A stretch of 64,000 nucleotides of DNA from Amoebidium appalachense (Eukaryota > Protista > Ichthyosporea), in the NCBI GenBank assembly GCA_963693365.1, contig CAVNZM010000001.1, forward strand, positions 13,130,418 through 13,194,417, given 5' to 3'. The notes under the pieces are model-generated. The model saw nothing but the letters and a program-made list of their open reading frames with translations, was not told the DNA's origin and did not search any database. The translations under genes were made by a program, and so were the position numbers. This document shows, one piece after another, positions 23,801-34,883 of the stretch (positions are counted from its first letter, which is position 1; every line of letters starts with the position of its first letter).

Positions 23801-24335
23801 TTACACCTATGGGGCTCCTTTCTTGTTACGAACCGACCACTCCAGCTTGACGCGCATTCTGTCTACCGGCGATGCACCGGAACCTGTTGTTGCAGGCTGG
23901 CAAATGGCGCTTTCCGCATACACATACGAAATTCAGCACAGGGCGGGCAAACACCACAGCAATGCTGATGGACTCTCTCGGCCATCTAAAGAAAATGCGC
24001 AACCAGGACCCGAAGATACTGAGCTGACATACCCCTCACTGATCGGCACAGTCTCGGGCTCGTCCACGGTGTTTGCGGTAACACGCTCCGCCGCAGCGAC
24101 AGCGCAGGCACAAGCTGCCACCCACCCACCCCCAGCTGAACCCACGAAACCTAATACCACGCCGCCAGAATTTATTCCCCCAAAACGGATGGACGAATGC
24201 CCACCTATGAACAGTATGTGTCAGCACAGAAGGCTGATAAACACATTGCGAAAGTTAGGGCCTACCTGGAAAAAGCACCGGGCTACGAATTATTTGGCAA
24301 CGAAATCGCGATGGAAGCTAGTCGCTGCACCATAG
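20856..24335 (+). CDS. pol: Family B Pol part 1 (protease, RT, RNase H), in frame with gag directly after its TAG
   Basis: No stop from 20856 onward; VVDSGA, SPYSAP, DLNGGYHQ, YLDD, DSDAS, RTDH, NADGLSR. Confidence 0.93.
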   Translation, partial: EGGQGTGLSPVEHNVFDLIAELELCSPLADKLQNKSTGAEISVVSEPSHESACAPPPHEQLPPCTDPPMHTHTPPPRKKKNVHFADRVHSSIAEPRHENATVCTLTHENKCTATLARMYVHGKLVTVVVDSGASHSCISTAFYESLPVVARKRIQHVPNFSVLDAQSNEMTCQGSISLTLAIPNESALVVHRWHVIDNLPYDALLGVDFMGPQQGRIDYGAAELSFMYAKGNRRCSIPVWWLRGSAEETAVSRVLITTTGIHLPVDASNIATCKIKLAAGAPPPRTLDCCMGTVVPCGPLNSRAYTTACSVTSLARISNNEPPLSTSEESVIEDEYECKVLLTNTSDHHVYLGPGTEVAMFIPLQSDDTVTLLARPHSGNGTRRATTPHPGHPLGTSAKTNFSSQESTDEPTEHEPHTFQAATNINGSIKVCERSKIMNMSTKENTTQRSSTKMNGFGNPARTKPEVGPPTIEAADGAPSTTALEDTNNLRKRTHECTSDGEAATDDDLPFGVKPPEEYDMPGTPPDQRKPLAKRIRKLLKKWKHVFSAHDNDFGLSTLDELSIEVTTTIPQYRRPYNIPHHLRDSLHKQIQNWVEFGVIEPASSPYSAPMVLVAKKDGSLRVCIDFRMLNLITKKDGYPLPRIDMALGMLRGARVFSALDLNGGYHQVKVADNDKEKLAFTTPWGQYQFARAPFGVSNMPAVFSRMMNRVFAGMLWTHVLIYLDDILVMSPTIEEHFGHLDSCFSRLCDAGLKLKGRKCSLFMEEVGYLGHRVCPDGIKVDPEKVAAIKNKSYPQNLSELRSDLGLFSYYRIFVDDFSHTAEPLTRMLGTSKEDSELLKRIHAKMPPSTKPAKRNGSAKQRKDEAKNLHADSAAILATKKKAQKNAAWVWGTEQEKAYNTLKNALINAPVLAHPDFTKPFIVDSDASQYALGAVISQVGDDGKERPIAYASRTLSKSERNYAANKREALGVYWAVCKAFRAYTYGAPFLLRTDHSSLTRILSTGDAPEPVVAGWQMALSAYTYEIQHRAGKHHSNADGLSRPSKENAQPGPEDTELTYPSLIGTVSGSSTVFAVTRSAAATAQAQAATHPPPAEPTKPNTTPPEFIPPKRMDECPPMNSMCQHRRLINTLRKLGPTWKKHRATNYLATKSRWKLVAAP
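20859..20999 (+). promoter_or_regulatory. Extended RNA stem-loop immediately 3' of the family B gag UAG (candidate readthrough stimulator)
   Basis: Nested pairings GGGC(20862)/GCCC(20993), GGGAC/GUCUC, CCAGUAGA(20883)/UCUACUGG(20961), AUUUA/UAAAU, CAGAG/CUCUG, GGAAC/GUUCC. Confidence 0.55.
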
Positions 24336-25756
24336 ACAATGACCTTGTGTATGTGTGGGTCCTAGAACAGCGTGGCCCCCGCAAACCCAGCAAGGAACCA
24401 CGAATTTGGGTGCCGTCTACGCTTGTGCGCCTCGTTTTGGCCGCATGTCACGACGCCCCAACCGCAGGTCACCTCGACGCAGCACGCACCTTCCACCGTG
24501 TTACCCAGATAGCATGGTGGCCACGTGTATGGCAAGACTCGGTGCAGTGGGTAACCACATGCAAAGCCTGTCAATACCGGAAGACACCCCGAATGCAAAA
24601 GAAACTACGAATTCACGATGGTTTTATCCCCACCTATCCCTTTCAATACGTGTCTATGGACATTACTGAGATGCCTACGAAATCTGATCTCAGAGTTTCC
24701 CTGTTGGTGTTTCTCGACCTCTTCACTCGCTGGCCGGAAGTGATTTTATTTCACAAAACACCCACAGCCGAAGATGTGGCAAAGGCATTCGAAGACTCCA
24801 TCTACTGCCGTCACGGTCGTCCGGAATTTTTAGTATCAGACAACGGCGCGAATTTGGCAGCTATGTTGGTCACAGATGTCTGTCGAGTGTTGGCTACAAA
24901 ACGAATTTTTGCAAGTCCCTACAGCCCCCAGACCAATGGTGCCGTAGAGCGATTCAATCGCACACTTAAGAATATTCTTGCCACTCTCGTGCAGGATAAA
25001 CACCACGAATGGATTGACTACTTACCGCAAGTACTGTTTTCCTACCGCACCGCCTACCACTCTTCCTTGGGGGACACGCCATTCTTCATGCTTTATGGCA
25101 GAGATCCGGTCGAGCCCCCCCGCCCCCCAATTGCGGCTTCATGTGGGATGGAGACGGAGGAATACCGTCGAGAACTACTGCAACGAGTGCAGTATGCCCG
25201 GCAAACAGTCACACGAATTATGTCTGAAGCTGCCCGTCGTAGTAAAATCACGGCTAACAAAAATGCTCGTGAACCCACAGAACTCGAGGGTCTGGTGTTG
25301 AAAGCAGTCACAGACTCCACCACCGACCACAGTCTACCCACGGCACTCAGACCTAAATGGGAAGGTCCGTATCGCGTCCTGCGGCGCGTTACCGACGCCC
25401 CCATGTCTTACGAAATTCAGCGGGTTGGGTCAACGGACACCGTTCGAGCACACGCACGTCACTTAAAGCCGTATTTTCCCCGTGACGACGTTGATATGAC
25501 GCCAGCCGACTCTGGTCCGCAAGATTCACCCACCCCCACCTTCGAAGTGGCAAAAATTATTGCCCACAAGTACGACTCGGCAACTGCCCAAGCCCTTTAC
25601 AAAGTTCGTTGGAAAGGGTACACGGCTAAGAACGACACCTGGGAACCTCACTCCGGCCTGCAAGACACAGCCGCAGGAGCACTCACAGACTACCTAGGTA
25701 CTTTGGTGGCCGGCCCTGCCAGCCAGCCCGCACGAAAGAAGCGCCGACGTCGCTAA
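24179..25756 (+). CDS. Family B integrase plus chromodomain, in the -1 frame relative to RT-RH
   Basis: HDAPTAGH..CKAC, SMDI, SDNG, NGAVERFN, WEGPY; chromodomain FEVAKII...YKVRWKGY...DTWEP; basic C-terminal tail RKKRRRR. Confidence 0.92.
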   Translation, partial: PKTDGRMPTYEQYVSAQKADKHIAKVRAYLEKAPGYELFGNEIAMEASRCTIDNDLVYVWVLEQRGPRKPSKEPRIWVPSTLVRLVLAACHDAPTAGHLDAARTFHRVTQIAWWPRVWQDSVQWVTTCKACQYRKTPRMQKKLRIHDGFIPTYPFQYVSMDITEMPTKSDLRVSLLVFLDLFTRWPEVILFHKTPTAEDVAKAFEDSIYCRHGRPEFLVSDNGANLAAMLVTDVCRVLATKRIFASPYSPQTNGAVERFNRTLKNILATLVQDKHHEWIDYLPQVLFSYRTAYHSSLGDTPFFMLYGRDPVEPPRPPIAASCGMETEEYRRELLQRVQYARQTVTRIMSEAARRSKITANKNAREPTELEGLVLKAVTDSTTDHSLPTALRPKWEGPYRVLRRVTDAPMSYEIQRVGSTDTVRAHARHLKPYFPRDDVDMTPADSGPQDSPTPTFEVAKIIAHKYDSATAQALYKVRWKGYTAKNDTWEPHSGLQDTAAGALTDYLGTLVAGPASQPARKKRRRR

Positions 25757-25807
25757 CTTCCCTCAGCCTGGTGGTTTACCGTCTCCAGACCATACCACCA
25801 GGCTCCC

Positions 25808-25821
25808 GAGAAGGGGGGGAG
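25808..25821 (+). promoter_or_regulatory. Family B polypurine tract
   Basis: GAGAAGGGGGGGAG directly before the 3' LTR. Confidence 0.9.
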
Positions 25822-26431
25822 TGTAAACATCTGTACACGCCGTACATGTTTACTATTACGAATATACTGTACATATCATAGTGATCACGTAGATATTGTG
25901 TACATATGATCAGATCAATATCACACGCGACAGCCGCGGGCTGCGGCTCACGACTGAGCCGCGGCGCCGGCAATATGCAGTGGCCGTGCAGTCAGTATGA
26001 ACCAATAGAATTCGAGAACCGCTAGGATAGGAATGCAAGTCTCATCCACTACGGAGGCGACATCTATAGCTAAACGAACGGAACCAATAAGGAAATCAGA
26101 CCCAGTTGCATAAACCTAAACGGGCTTAAGTATTGACCAATCATTTGCCACAAAGTTATCCTTTTAGTTAGCTTCATGTTATTGGTGCACTGTGTGCACA
26201 TAAAGACGACCGCACTCTTCTGACTGGTCAGAAGTCACGAAGGCATCAATGCCACCCATCCAGATGATCCGGAACCTGGGGGCTATATAAACAAGCCGTC
26301 CCAGTACGGGGGATCACTCTGAACGAGCACATTAAATAGTAACCTGGCCGCGTGTGCCTTACTACCCGTTCTCTGTCTTTATTCTGATTCAGTTGTTCTC
26401 TGCCTTATCCCAACTAGTTCAACTGTTTACA
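25822..26431 (+). repeat. Family B 3' LTR
   Basis: Copy of 18193-18802. Confidence 0.96.
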
Positions 26432-26469
26432 CCTAGCGCGAGAAACCGCACTAAATGAAAGGTGTAGCT

Positions 26470-27189
26470 TGTCGTATCCTAATATATGTGTACTAGAGAC
26501 GCGGCACTCTACTAAGTGTACACACACGAAAAGGAACGAACGTGTACAGAAAAACGGTAAAGTTTTTTAAGACCAGGCTCCGACGGGCAAACTTAGATCC
26601 GTACGGTTTGAGTCTAAGTTACGACTGAGGCCATCAAGGCCGTGCCCTACAAGATCATCATCACCTGGCCCCCTACGATGCCACATTCCATTAACATTCC
26701 GATCTACTTTTATCGTGCGCCAGCACGAGCTAAGTCGATCTACTCAACTAATATATTTATCCAAGTCTCACCCCTCACCCTCCCCCTAGTGGCACCGCAG
26801 AGTCTAAATCTACATTTCATACTATCCTCCCCCCCCCTCCCTCCCCCCCTTTTCTCTACATCTACATATATAAATACGTTTGGCAACATATACTATCAAA
26901 CCTTGCCAATCCTTACAAAAGGGCTTCTGCCCGAACAATGACATTCCTAAGTCCTCCTACGATCTATCCTACACACTAATTAGAATTCTATTGGACGGCT
27001 GTCCCGGCTGACGTGGTCCAATGCCCTGCGCCGGCAGAGGCAAGATGATGCACGCAGCTGCACAGCTATCTTGAGGCCCCGGACTTGATCTTGATGATCT
27101 GTGACCCGGGCCACCCCCCCCCCCCCCCCCCCCCCCCGATCTCGATCGTAGACTTAGGCTAATCTGCTGAGACGGATTAGTATATGTCA
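26470..27189 (-). repeat. Family A inner 5' LTR
   Basis: TG...CA termini, 720 bp. Confidence 0.95.
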
Positions 27190-27258
27190 CCCCCCCCCCC
27201 CCCCCTGATCTCGATCGTAGACTTAGGCTAATCTGCTGAGACGGATTAGTATATGTCA
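27190..27258 (-). repeat. Family A outer 3' LTR, right piece
   Basis: C-run plus GATCTCGATCGTAGACTTAGG...TATATGTCA. Followed by the polypurine tract (ACTCCCCCCCCC on the + strand, 27259-27270). Confidence 0.9.
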
Positions 27259-27392
27259 ACTCCCCCCCCCGGCCCCCGGAAAAGCTGAGTCCCACCTCAG
27301 TCACATTACATCTAACGCCCCCTAAAAAGACATAGACTAATCAGTCCCCCCAAAAAAAATTAAATAAATAAATTACGAAGAAAAATAATAAA

Positions 27393-30300
27393 TTAATCTA
27401 CACCATAAGCTTGATACCTACGGAGACACCTATGATAATAAATTAAATTCCTACGACTACGTTCACACTCCTCCTCGGTCTCCTCCCCCCCTCCCCCTCC
27501 CCCCGTGTGTCTACGTGTATTTGCATCACTCCCCCCCCCGGCCCCCTCCCCCATCGACTTTTTCACACCACGATTAAACTGAGGAATAACTCTCTTTGGC
27601 CTAGAGGGAGCACTAGGCAACTCCCTCTGCACTAATCTAGCCTCATAAGCACGAATAGAAAACGGGCAATCCAAATGAAACTCAGGCAACCACTGATCTT
27701 CCTGATAACCTCCCTCAAAACGAATTAAATAATAATTTACCTTACCTTCCTTACCTTCGATAACCTTTTTATCCATAATTTTATCTACTGCAGCCTCCGA
27801 TACATCCACCGACCCGTCATAGTCGGGGGTGAATGCATCTAACACTCGACGGCCCTCCGGCCGTTTAACCCTAAGGGCCCTATCCTAATATTCCTTTATA
27901 TCATCTACATTATAAAATCTAACATCACTCTCATTATCTAACCTCTGCACCTTATATTCCGTCGGACCTAACCTAGCCACTATTTTATACGGACCGATAA
28001 AAAGAGGCAACCATTTCTTACCATACTTACGAAGACCTTCACCTTCACCCTTACCTTCCTGCTCCTGCTTATATCTCTTTTTCCTAGTATGATCCCTAAT
28101 TAAAACTAAAGTACCCTCGGCAAATTCACGTAACGGACGTGTGGACACGTCTGTACGTGCCTGTGCCTGCTGTGTACGGGCCAGAGCTGCATCACGTGCA
28201 GCCCGGGCCCGGGTTAGTAGCTGCTCCCGGAACTCAGTCCAGTGGGGATAAGTTAGTCGGTCAGCCCCCCCCATCGGCAAAAGTGCCGTATCTAACAAAC
28301 TAATAGCCTCCTGCCCATAGACCAAATAAAACGGAGAAAAACCAGTCACAGCATGAGGGGTAGAATTATATGAATGAGCAATAAACCTAGACATATGATC
28401 CCAATCATTAGCCTCCACATCCACCATTTTGCCAAAGGACTTCTGAAACACTGCATGCACACGTTCAGAGATGGCATTTGCTTGAGGGTGATATGCAGAC
28501 GTAGTGATATGAGCTACCCTTAAAATTTTACACACCTCCGACACCAACTGATTTAAAAACACACGACTCCTATCCGTTAACAAAACACGAGGACAACCAA
28601 ACCTAAGACAAATTTCATCCACAAAAATACGAGCAAACAAAACGGCATTAGCAGTGGGGAGAGGAAAAACTTCAACCCAACGAGTGGCCACATCGGTGAC
28701 GGTAACAAGAACAGTGTTACCCTCAACCGTAGAATTAAAAGGACCGACCACATCCACTGCTACCCTTTCAAACATACGAACATTAAAATCCCTAATAAAC
28801 GACGGGCGGGAACGAGAGTGGGGACTCTCATTCCTTTCCTGACAATGCATGCATGACAACACATAATCCCTCACCTCCCTACTCATACCCGGCCAAAAAT
28901 ACGAACGATTAACACGAAGCAACGTCCTATTTACACCTAAATGACCAGCCATGGGATGCTCATGCACCATATGCAAAACCTCAGGCACAAGTGCCGTCGG
29001 GACCCAAACTCGGTGTCCGTCTGGCCCAGAACAATGATAAACTAAATCCTGCTCTACCTGACACATTTTTGCTAACTTAGCTACCTTAATCATCTGCCTT
29101 TTATTTTTAAATTTAATCGAATCAACCGGCCCCTTTAAATAATTCTTAACCAGACCAATCAACACATCTTCCTCCTGAGCTAAGATCAAAGCCGTAGGTG
29201 CTAAGGCAGGGGCCGAGCCATGAGACTCGGTCCCGACCTCAGACACTGACAAATACCTCCCCCCCCCCTCTCCTACACTTATAAGCAAGCAACCCCGGAA
29301 CCCAAGAAGACACATCCACAGACACAGCATCTATTCCTTTCTGCTCACTCTCCCCCCCCTTCCCCCCCTCCCCCCCCCGTCTCTCACTAGCCCCCCCCTC
29401 CCCCTCCTTCTCTTCTTCAAACAAAATATAAGCAGCACGAGAGAGAGCATCACAGTCAACCATTGTTTCACCCTTGGCATAAAACAATTTATAGGAGAAT
29501 TCACCGAGAGCCGCGGCCCACTTCTGCATCCTCTCGTTGACCAGACGAGTGGTGCCGGCCATGGCTAGGCAGGGCTTGTGGTCGGTGTAGACCTCAAACG
29601 TCCTGCCTGCGAGTATGTACCTCCATGCCTGTGAGACTGCCCAAAAGATAGCATGGGACTCTCTCTCTGGATTGCTATATCTACGTTCACTTTTACTAAA
29701 TGAACGACTAGCATAAGCAATCACTCTATCCTGCCCCTCCTGCACTTGATATAACACGGCCCCCTCAGCAACCTTACTTGCATCACACCGAACTTTAAAC
29801 ATTCCCCCCCCGGCCGAAAAATCAGGATGAACAAGCATACTCGAAGACTGCAAAGCTAACTTAAGCTTTTCGAAAGCAGAAACAGCATCAACATTCCAAT
29901 CTATTCTATTCTTCTTCTCCCCCCCCCGTCTGACTAGTTAACGGCAAAGCAAGCATACTATAATCCTTAATATAACGACGAAGATAATTAGTTAAACCTA
30001 AAAATTGCCTTAGTTGAGTGACAGTCTGAGGACGGGGCCACTCAACTATGGCCCGGATTTTCTCCGGATCAGGGGAAAGACCATTACTAGACACAATATG
30101 ACCTAAAAACTTAACCTCCGGCACACCAATCACAGTCTTGCTACCGCTAATACGAAGACCAGACTCACCCAAAGCTAAAAATACTTTTTCACAATTATTA
30201 ACTAGCTCCTCAAATGACCTACCTTTAATTAAAACATCATCCAAATAAGGGTGGCATACATCCAAATGAGGGTGGAGAATTTTATACATTACCCGGCACA

Positions 30301-32682
30301 ACATAGCTGGAGAGGAGAGCAAACCCATCGGCACCACCTTGTACTGGAACAGCTGGTCACCCAGTGCAAGGGCAGTCTTCTCCTTGCTGCTCTCCTCCAA
30401 CCTTATCTGCCAAAAAGCTGCTTTTAAATCAAGTTTAGCAAAGTGAGTATAGCCGTGCAGCTGTGAAAGCTGCTCGTCTATGTTAGGGAGAGGCCATTGG
30501 TCTGCCTTAGTGATCCGATTCAGAGCCCTGTAATCGTTCACTAGACGCCAAGACCCGTCGGGCTTCTTAACCAATAGCACCGGACTTCTCCACGGACTCG
30601 AACTATGCTCCACATGACCCTTTTTAACATATCACTCACTATTATTAGCGCATCCGACAATTTATACTGCTCCATTCTATAGCTAGGCATCACTACCGGC
30701 CTATTATCACCTGTGTCGATCTGCATTTCAAACCCTTTAACGAAGCCTACTTCGTTATCATCGGCCAGAAATGCAAACCGAGTCCCATCAAATAACTTAG
30801 CTAGCAATTTTTTCTGTTCTACCGTCCAATCCCCCTCCTTCATACCAAACGGCAATACTAACTCCGGGTTACCCCCATCACAAGTGGATGCATCCTTATT
30901 CACCGGAGTCCCACTTATCATTTCACCTCCTGTATTACATCGGTGCTGCTCGGGGTGAGGTTGAGGTACCTCCGGATATAGGCAGTCACCCTTAGCATCC
31001 CCCCTCCCCCCGGCACACCAATGCCCCCGGGCGATTCCTGATGAGTTAGTGCATGTATGTGGGGGGCCAGGTCTGTGGCCACCCTGCCCCCCACGGTGTT
31101 GGTTAACCCGTCAGATCCACGGGTTAGACCAACACCCTCCCCCCCTGCCTGCGCATTCTCACACCCGGGGTGACCCTCCTTCCTCTTGGGGGTCGGGGGA
31201 GTGGGACCGGTGCTGTCCCGGTCCCCCCCCCCATCGTGTCGGGTGACATTTTGGTGGCTAACGTTAAATAAAGTTGTTCCCCCTCCTCCTGAGTCACCCT
31301 TCGAGCCGGCATCCTCCTTTTGGGTAATAAGAGAGACCTCTATACTACCAATCTCATTAGTGAAACTACCGACGGAAACACCTGACCTAATCACTATAGG
31401 CTCGATGCCCGGATTCACTAATTCTATTTCTATTGTCTTATCCGGCCATACCCTACTAAGGGTCCATTGGGCCACCTCCTGAAATGGGGTTTTCGGAGTA
31501 AAAACCCCTAAATCCCCTATCCTAACATGATTGCCGGCCCGGACACGTACCGTTTGGCACTGATAAGGCTCGATTACTACTTCAGCTACCGTTCTAGCAC
31601 CAGACTGATAACCGTCGAGCCCATCATGGGTTTTAATTTTAACGCCGGACTGCAATTCTAAAACATTCGTACGTTCAAACAAAGCATTCACATGTCTACG
31701 GAAAAATGGGGCTCCCAACAAAACACTTTGAGCTAAATCCTTAACCACATAACAAGCAACATGCATAGCCTGGCCACCTATCTCACATGGCAACACACAA
31801 ACACCTTCCACAGAGATACTACTATTATTAGCACTACCTAAGGCTGTGCTAGAAGCATCTAAAATAGGAATTTCCCCCCGGCCTGATTAAAACGACGAAT
31901 AAACGAAGCATGCACACAATTAACCTGAGCCCCTCCATCGAGCAAAGCAACAGCCTTCAACTTACCATCAGCTAACCATACGTCTATATAATGCCGGCTA
32001 AAACCAACTAAATCCTCCTCCAATTCAAGCAACACATCATCACTCACACCCAATCCCTGCCCACGAAGACTCACACCCTCGATACCTACGTGCAACATAC
32101 CTACCTGTGGTGCCTGCACGGGTGGGGTGGGGTGTGTATGTGGTGTGGGTGGTGGTGGAGTGTGTGTGTGTGATGTGTGGGTGGGTGGTGTGTGGGTGTT
32201 TGGTGTATGTGTGGGTGTGTGTGTGGGTGTAGGTGTGTCTGCAACCGTCGTATGTTGTTGTGGTGGTGTGTTTCTACGTGTCTGTGCCTTCCCCCCCTTC
32301 CCCCTTTACTCGTGTGTGTCCCCCCCCCTCCCGGAAACAATGGCACAGAAACCCCCTCCGGTGTGGTTAGAATAAACACCGGGTTGGGACAAGAAACACT
32401 GAGACCATCCACTTGTGGCTGGGGAACCTCCCCCAACCACAAAACATTCACACCATTCATACCTTTGGTAGAGTCACCCCACAAACATTCATGCCATACC
32501 ACCTCGACGCTGTCTTGAGGACCCACGACGATGCCCGGCTCCCACACGTATCGGGGCGGTGAGGGGGCAAAGGGAAGCTTAACCTGGGGTGGGGGAGGGT
32601 GAAGGTTCTCTGCAACCTGGGGGGGACCGATACTGTCCCCCCCCCCTCCCTCAGTGACCCCAGCTTCCCCCTCCCCCGGAAC
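27393..32682 (-). pseudogene. pol: Family A outer pol, disrupted
   Basis: Near-identical to 11444-16735. Several homopolymer frameshifts and a TAT>TAG nonsense change at 27885-27887 that removes the chromodomain. Confidence 0.9.
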
Positions 32683-34019
32683 TCAATAGCTCTTGTAACT
32701 ACGGCAATATGCAGCAGAGTGCCCTTGCCGGCCACAAAAGTAACATGATGCACCAAAGAAGGGGCCAGGGGGGACTTCAAAACCTTGGCGCAAAGCATAA
32801 CCGGGAGCCCGGTCATGCTGGGGGGGCCCACCGTGTGCACCACGGCCCCCCTTCCCCCCTGCCCCCCTCGGCCTCTCTCACCACCATTTCCACCCCTCCC
32901 TCTACCCTGCCAACCACCACGAGCAAGATAAGGGGCAAACCTCTCGGTGAACTGCTGCTGTTGTCCTCCACGTCCACCTCGGCCACGACCGCCGTGTCCA
33001 CCCCGGTCGCCGCCACGGCCACCCCGGAAGCCGAAGCCCCCTCGGCCAGAGAAGACGGCTTGGGAGAGCTCGGCAACCTGCTTGACCAACATGGTGAGTG
33101 CATCTGGCTGTTCACCCTCTTTTTTCTCTTTTTCCCCCTTCTGTCCACTCTCCTTCTTTTTCTTTGCTACTTCCATCACCTCCTTTTTATCCCTCTTATT
33201 GAATTTCACCTCGTGCATGGCAAGCAAGTGACGTTTAACATGCAACACCACCTCATCTACATCATCATGCTCCCCAAACATGCGTGCAGTGTCTGTGTTT
33301 ACAGAGAGAGCCTTACGAGCAAACTCGAATTTTTCCCTATCACTCACGTCACCAGCTAACTCACAAAGGTCCTCAAAGACCCGATATTCCCTCTCAAAGA
33401 ATGCACGAGCTTCTACGGGGGACATATCTAAAGTGGGAAAGGTATACTTCCATTCTCTGAGCTGGGCCCGGAAGGTACGGCGCCGGTCGGCCGTCAGGTA
33501 TCGGCCGACGAGCCGGGCCGTATACTCGAGCTCGTTTTCCGGCCGTGTGAAGGCCTCGAGCTCCCCGTCCACGTCGTCGGTGCTGTTCTCGTCCTCGTCG
33601 TCGGGGATGAACCGTGCGGCCAGACGTTTCTGGCCGAGTGTCCGGGACACCATCTCGTCCCTCCCCTCGTCGTACTGCTGCTCGTATATACGAGCCGTCA
33701 CCTGGGGGGCCTGCTCGGCCCGGTACGGGTGCTCCTCCATCAGGGTGCATAAGTCGGCCATTGTTTTGTGGTCGATGCACTGTTTGATCATTAAGCACGA
33801 GGCCGCCACAGTGGGGGCCTTCTTTGTGTCTAACACTAGTGTGGGTGTGTTAGCTAGGAGTGTCCTAAGCCACCTAGGGATTTCCGAGTCGTATTTGAGT
33901 GTAAAACTGAAAGCTGTGGTCTGTCTATCGTCTAGTGTATGAACCTGTGGTACCTGTGTGTGCAGGGAGCTATCCTCCGCTGCCAAAGCGTAGAACATGT
34001 CTACGTTAAACTTAGCCAT
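32683..34019 (-). pseudogene. gag: Family A outer gag (frameshift in a C-run at ~32850)
   Basis: Same protein as 16736-18070 apart from N-terminal substitutions; same TGA at 32683-32685. Confidence 0.88.
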
Positions 34020-34172
34020 TGTGTGGTGTGTGCCCTAACTCGTGTGGTTGTGTTTATGTTGTTTTTTTTTTTTTTTTTTTTTCTGTGTTTGAGGTGTACT
34101 AGCAACAGCCCAGAAGGAACTGTCACCGCGTTACCCTAGCGCGAAAAACCGCACTAGAAGAAAGGTGTAGCT

Positions 34173-34882
34173 TGTCGTATCCTAATGTATGTGTACTAGA
34201 GACGCGGCACTCTACTAAGTGTACACACACGAAAAGGAACGAACGTGTACAGAAAAACGGTAAAGTTTATTAAGACCAGGCTCCGACGGGCAAACTTAGA
34301 TCCGTACGGATTGAGTCTAAGTTACGACTGAGGCCATCAAGGCCGTGCCCTCTAAGATCATCATCACCTGGCCCCCTACGATGCCACATTCCATTAACAT
34401 TCCGATCTACTTTTATCGTGCGCCTGCACGAGCTAAGTCGATCTACTCAACTAATATATTTATCCAAGTCTCACCCCTCACCCTCCCCCTAGTGGCACCG
34501 CAGAGTCTAAATCTACATTTCATACTATCCTCCCCCCCCTCCCTCCCCCCCTTTCCTCTACATCTACATATATAAATACGTTTGGCAACATATACTATCA
34601 AACCTTGCCAATCCTTACAAAAGGGCTTCTGCCCGAACAATCACATTCCTAAGTCCTCCTACGATCTATCCTACACACTAATTAGAATTCTATTGGACGG
34701 CTGTCCCGGCTGACGTGGTCCAATGCCCTGCGCCGGCAGAGGCAAGATGCACGCAGCTGTTCAGCTATCTTGAGGCCCCGGACTTGATCTTGATGATCTG
34801 TGGACCCGGGCCACCCCCCCCCCCCCCCCCGATCTCGATCGTAGACTTAGGCTAATCTGCTGAGACGGATTAGTATATGTCA
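34173..34882 (-). repeat. Family A outer 5' LTR (710 bp)
   Basis: TGTCGTATCC...TATATGTCA on the + strand; followed by TSD TACCC. Confidence 0.95.
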
Positions 34883-34883
34883 T

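Larger units (their letters stand above)
18193..26431 (+). mobile_element. Ty3/gypsy chromodomain LTR retrotransposon, family B, very recent, full length
   Basis: 610-bp LTRs at 18193-18802 and 25822-26431 (TGTAAACA...TGTTTACA; one substitution seen). TSD CCTAG at 18188-18192 and 26432-26436. PBS, PPT, gag and pol present. Confidence 0.97.
10598..27189 (-). mobile_element. Ty3/gypsy chromodomain LTR retrotransposon, family A, inner copy inserted in the outer copy's LTR
   Basis: LTRs 10598-11312 and 26470-27189 share private variants (AATATATG, CCCTACAAG, GATGATGCAC, GCTGCACAGC). Both ends abut C-runs (TSD CCCCC). PPT at 11313-11322. Domain order gag-PR-RT-RH-IN-chromodomain. Confidence 0.93.
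9940..34882 (-). mobile_element. Ty3/gypsy chromodomain LTR retrotransposon, family A, outer copy (its 3' LTR is split by the inner copy)
   Basis: TG...CA termini. TSD TACCC at 9935-9939 and 34883-34887. 5' LTR 34173-34882; 3' LTR in two pieces, 9940-10597 and 27190-27258; internal region 27259-34172. Diagnostic LTR variants (AATGTATG, CCCTCTAAG, GCTGTTCAGC, TGTGGACCC) are shared by the 9940 and 34173 LTRs. Confidence 0.93.
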
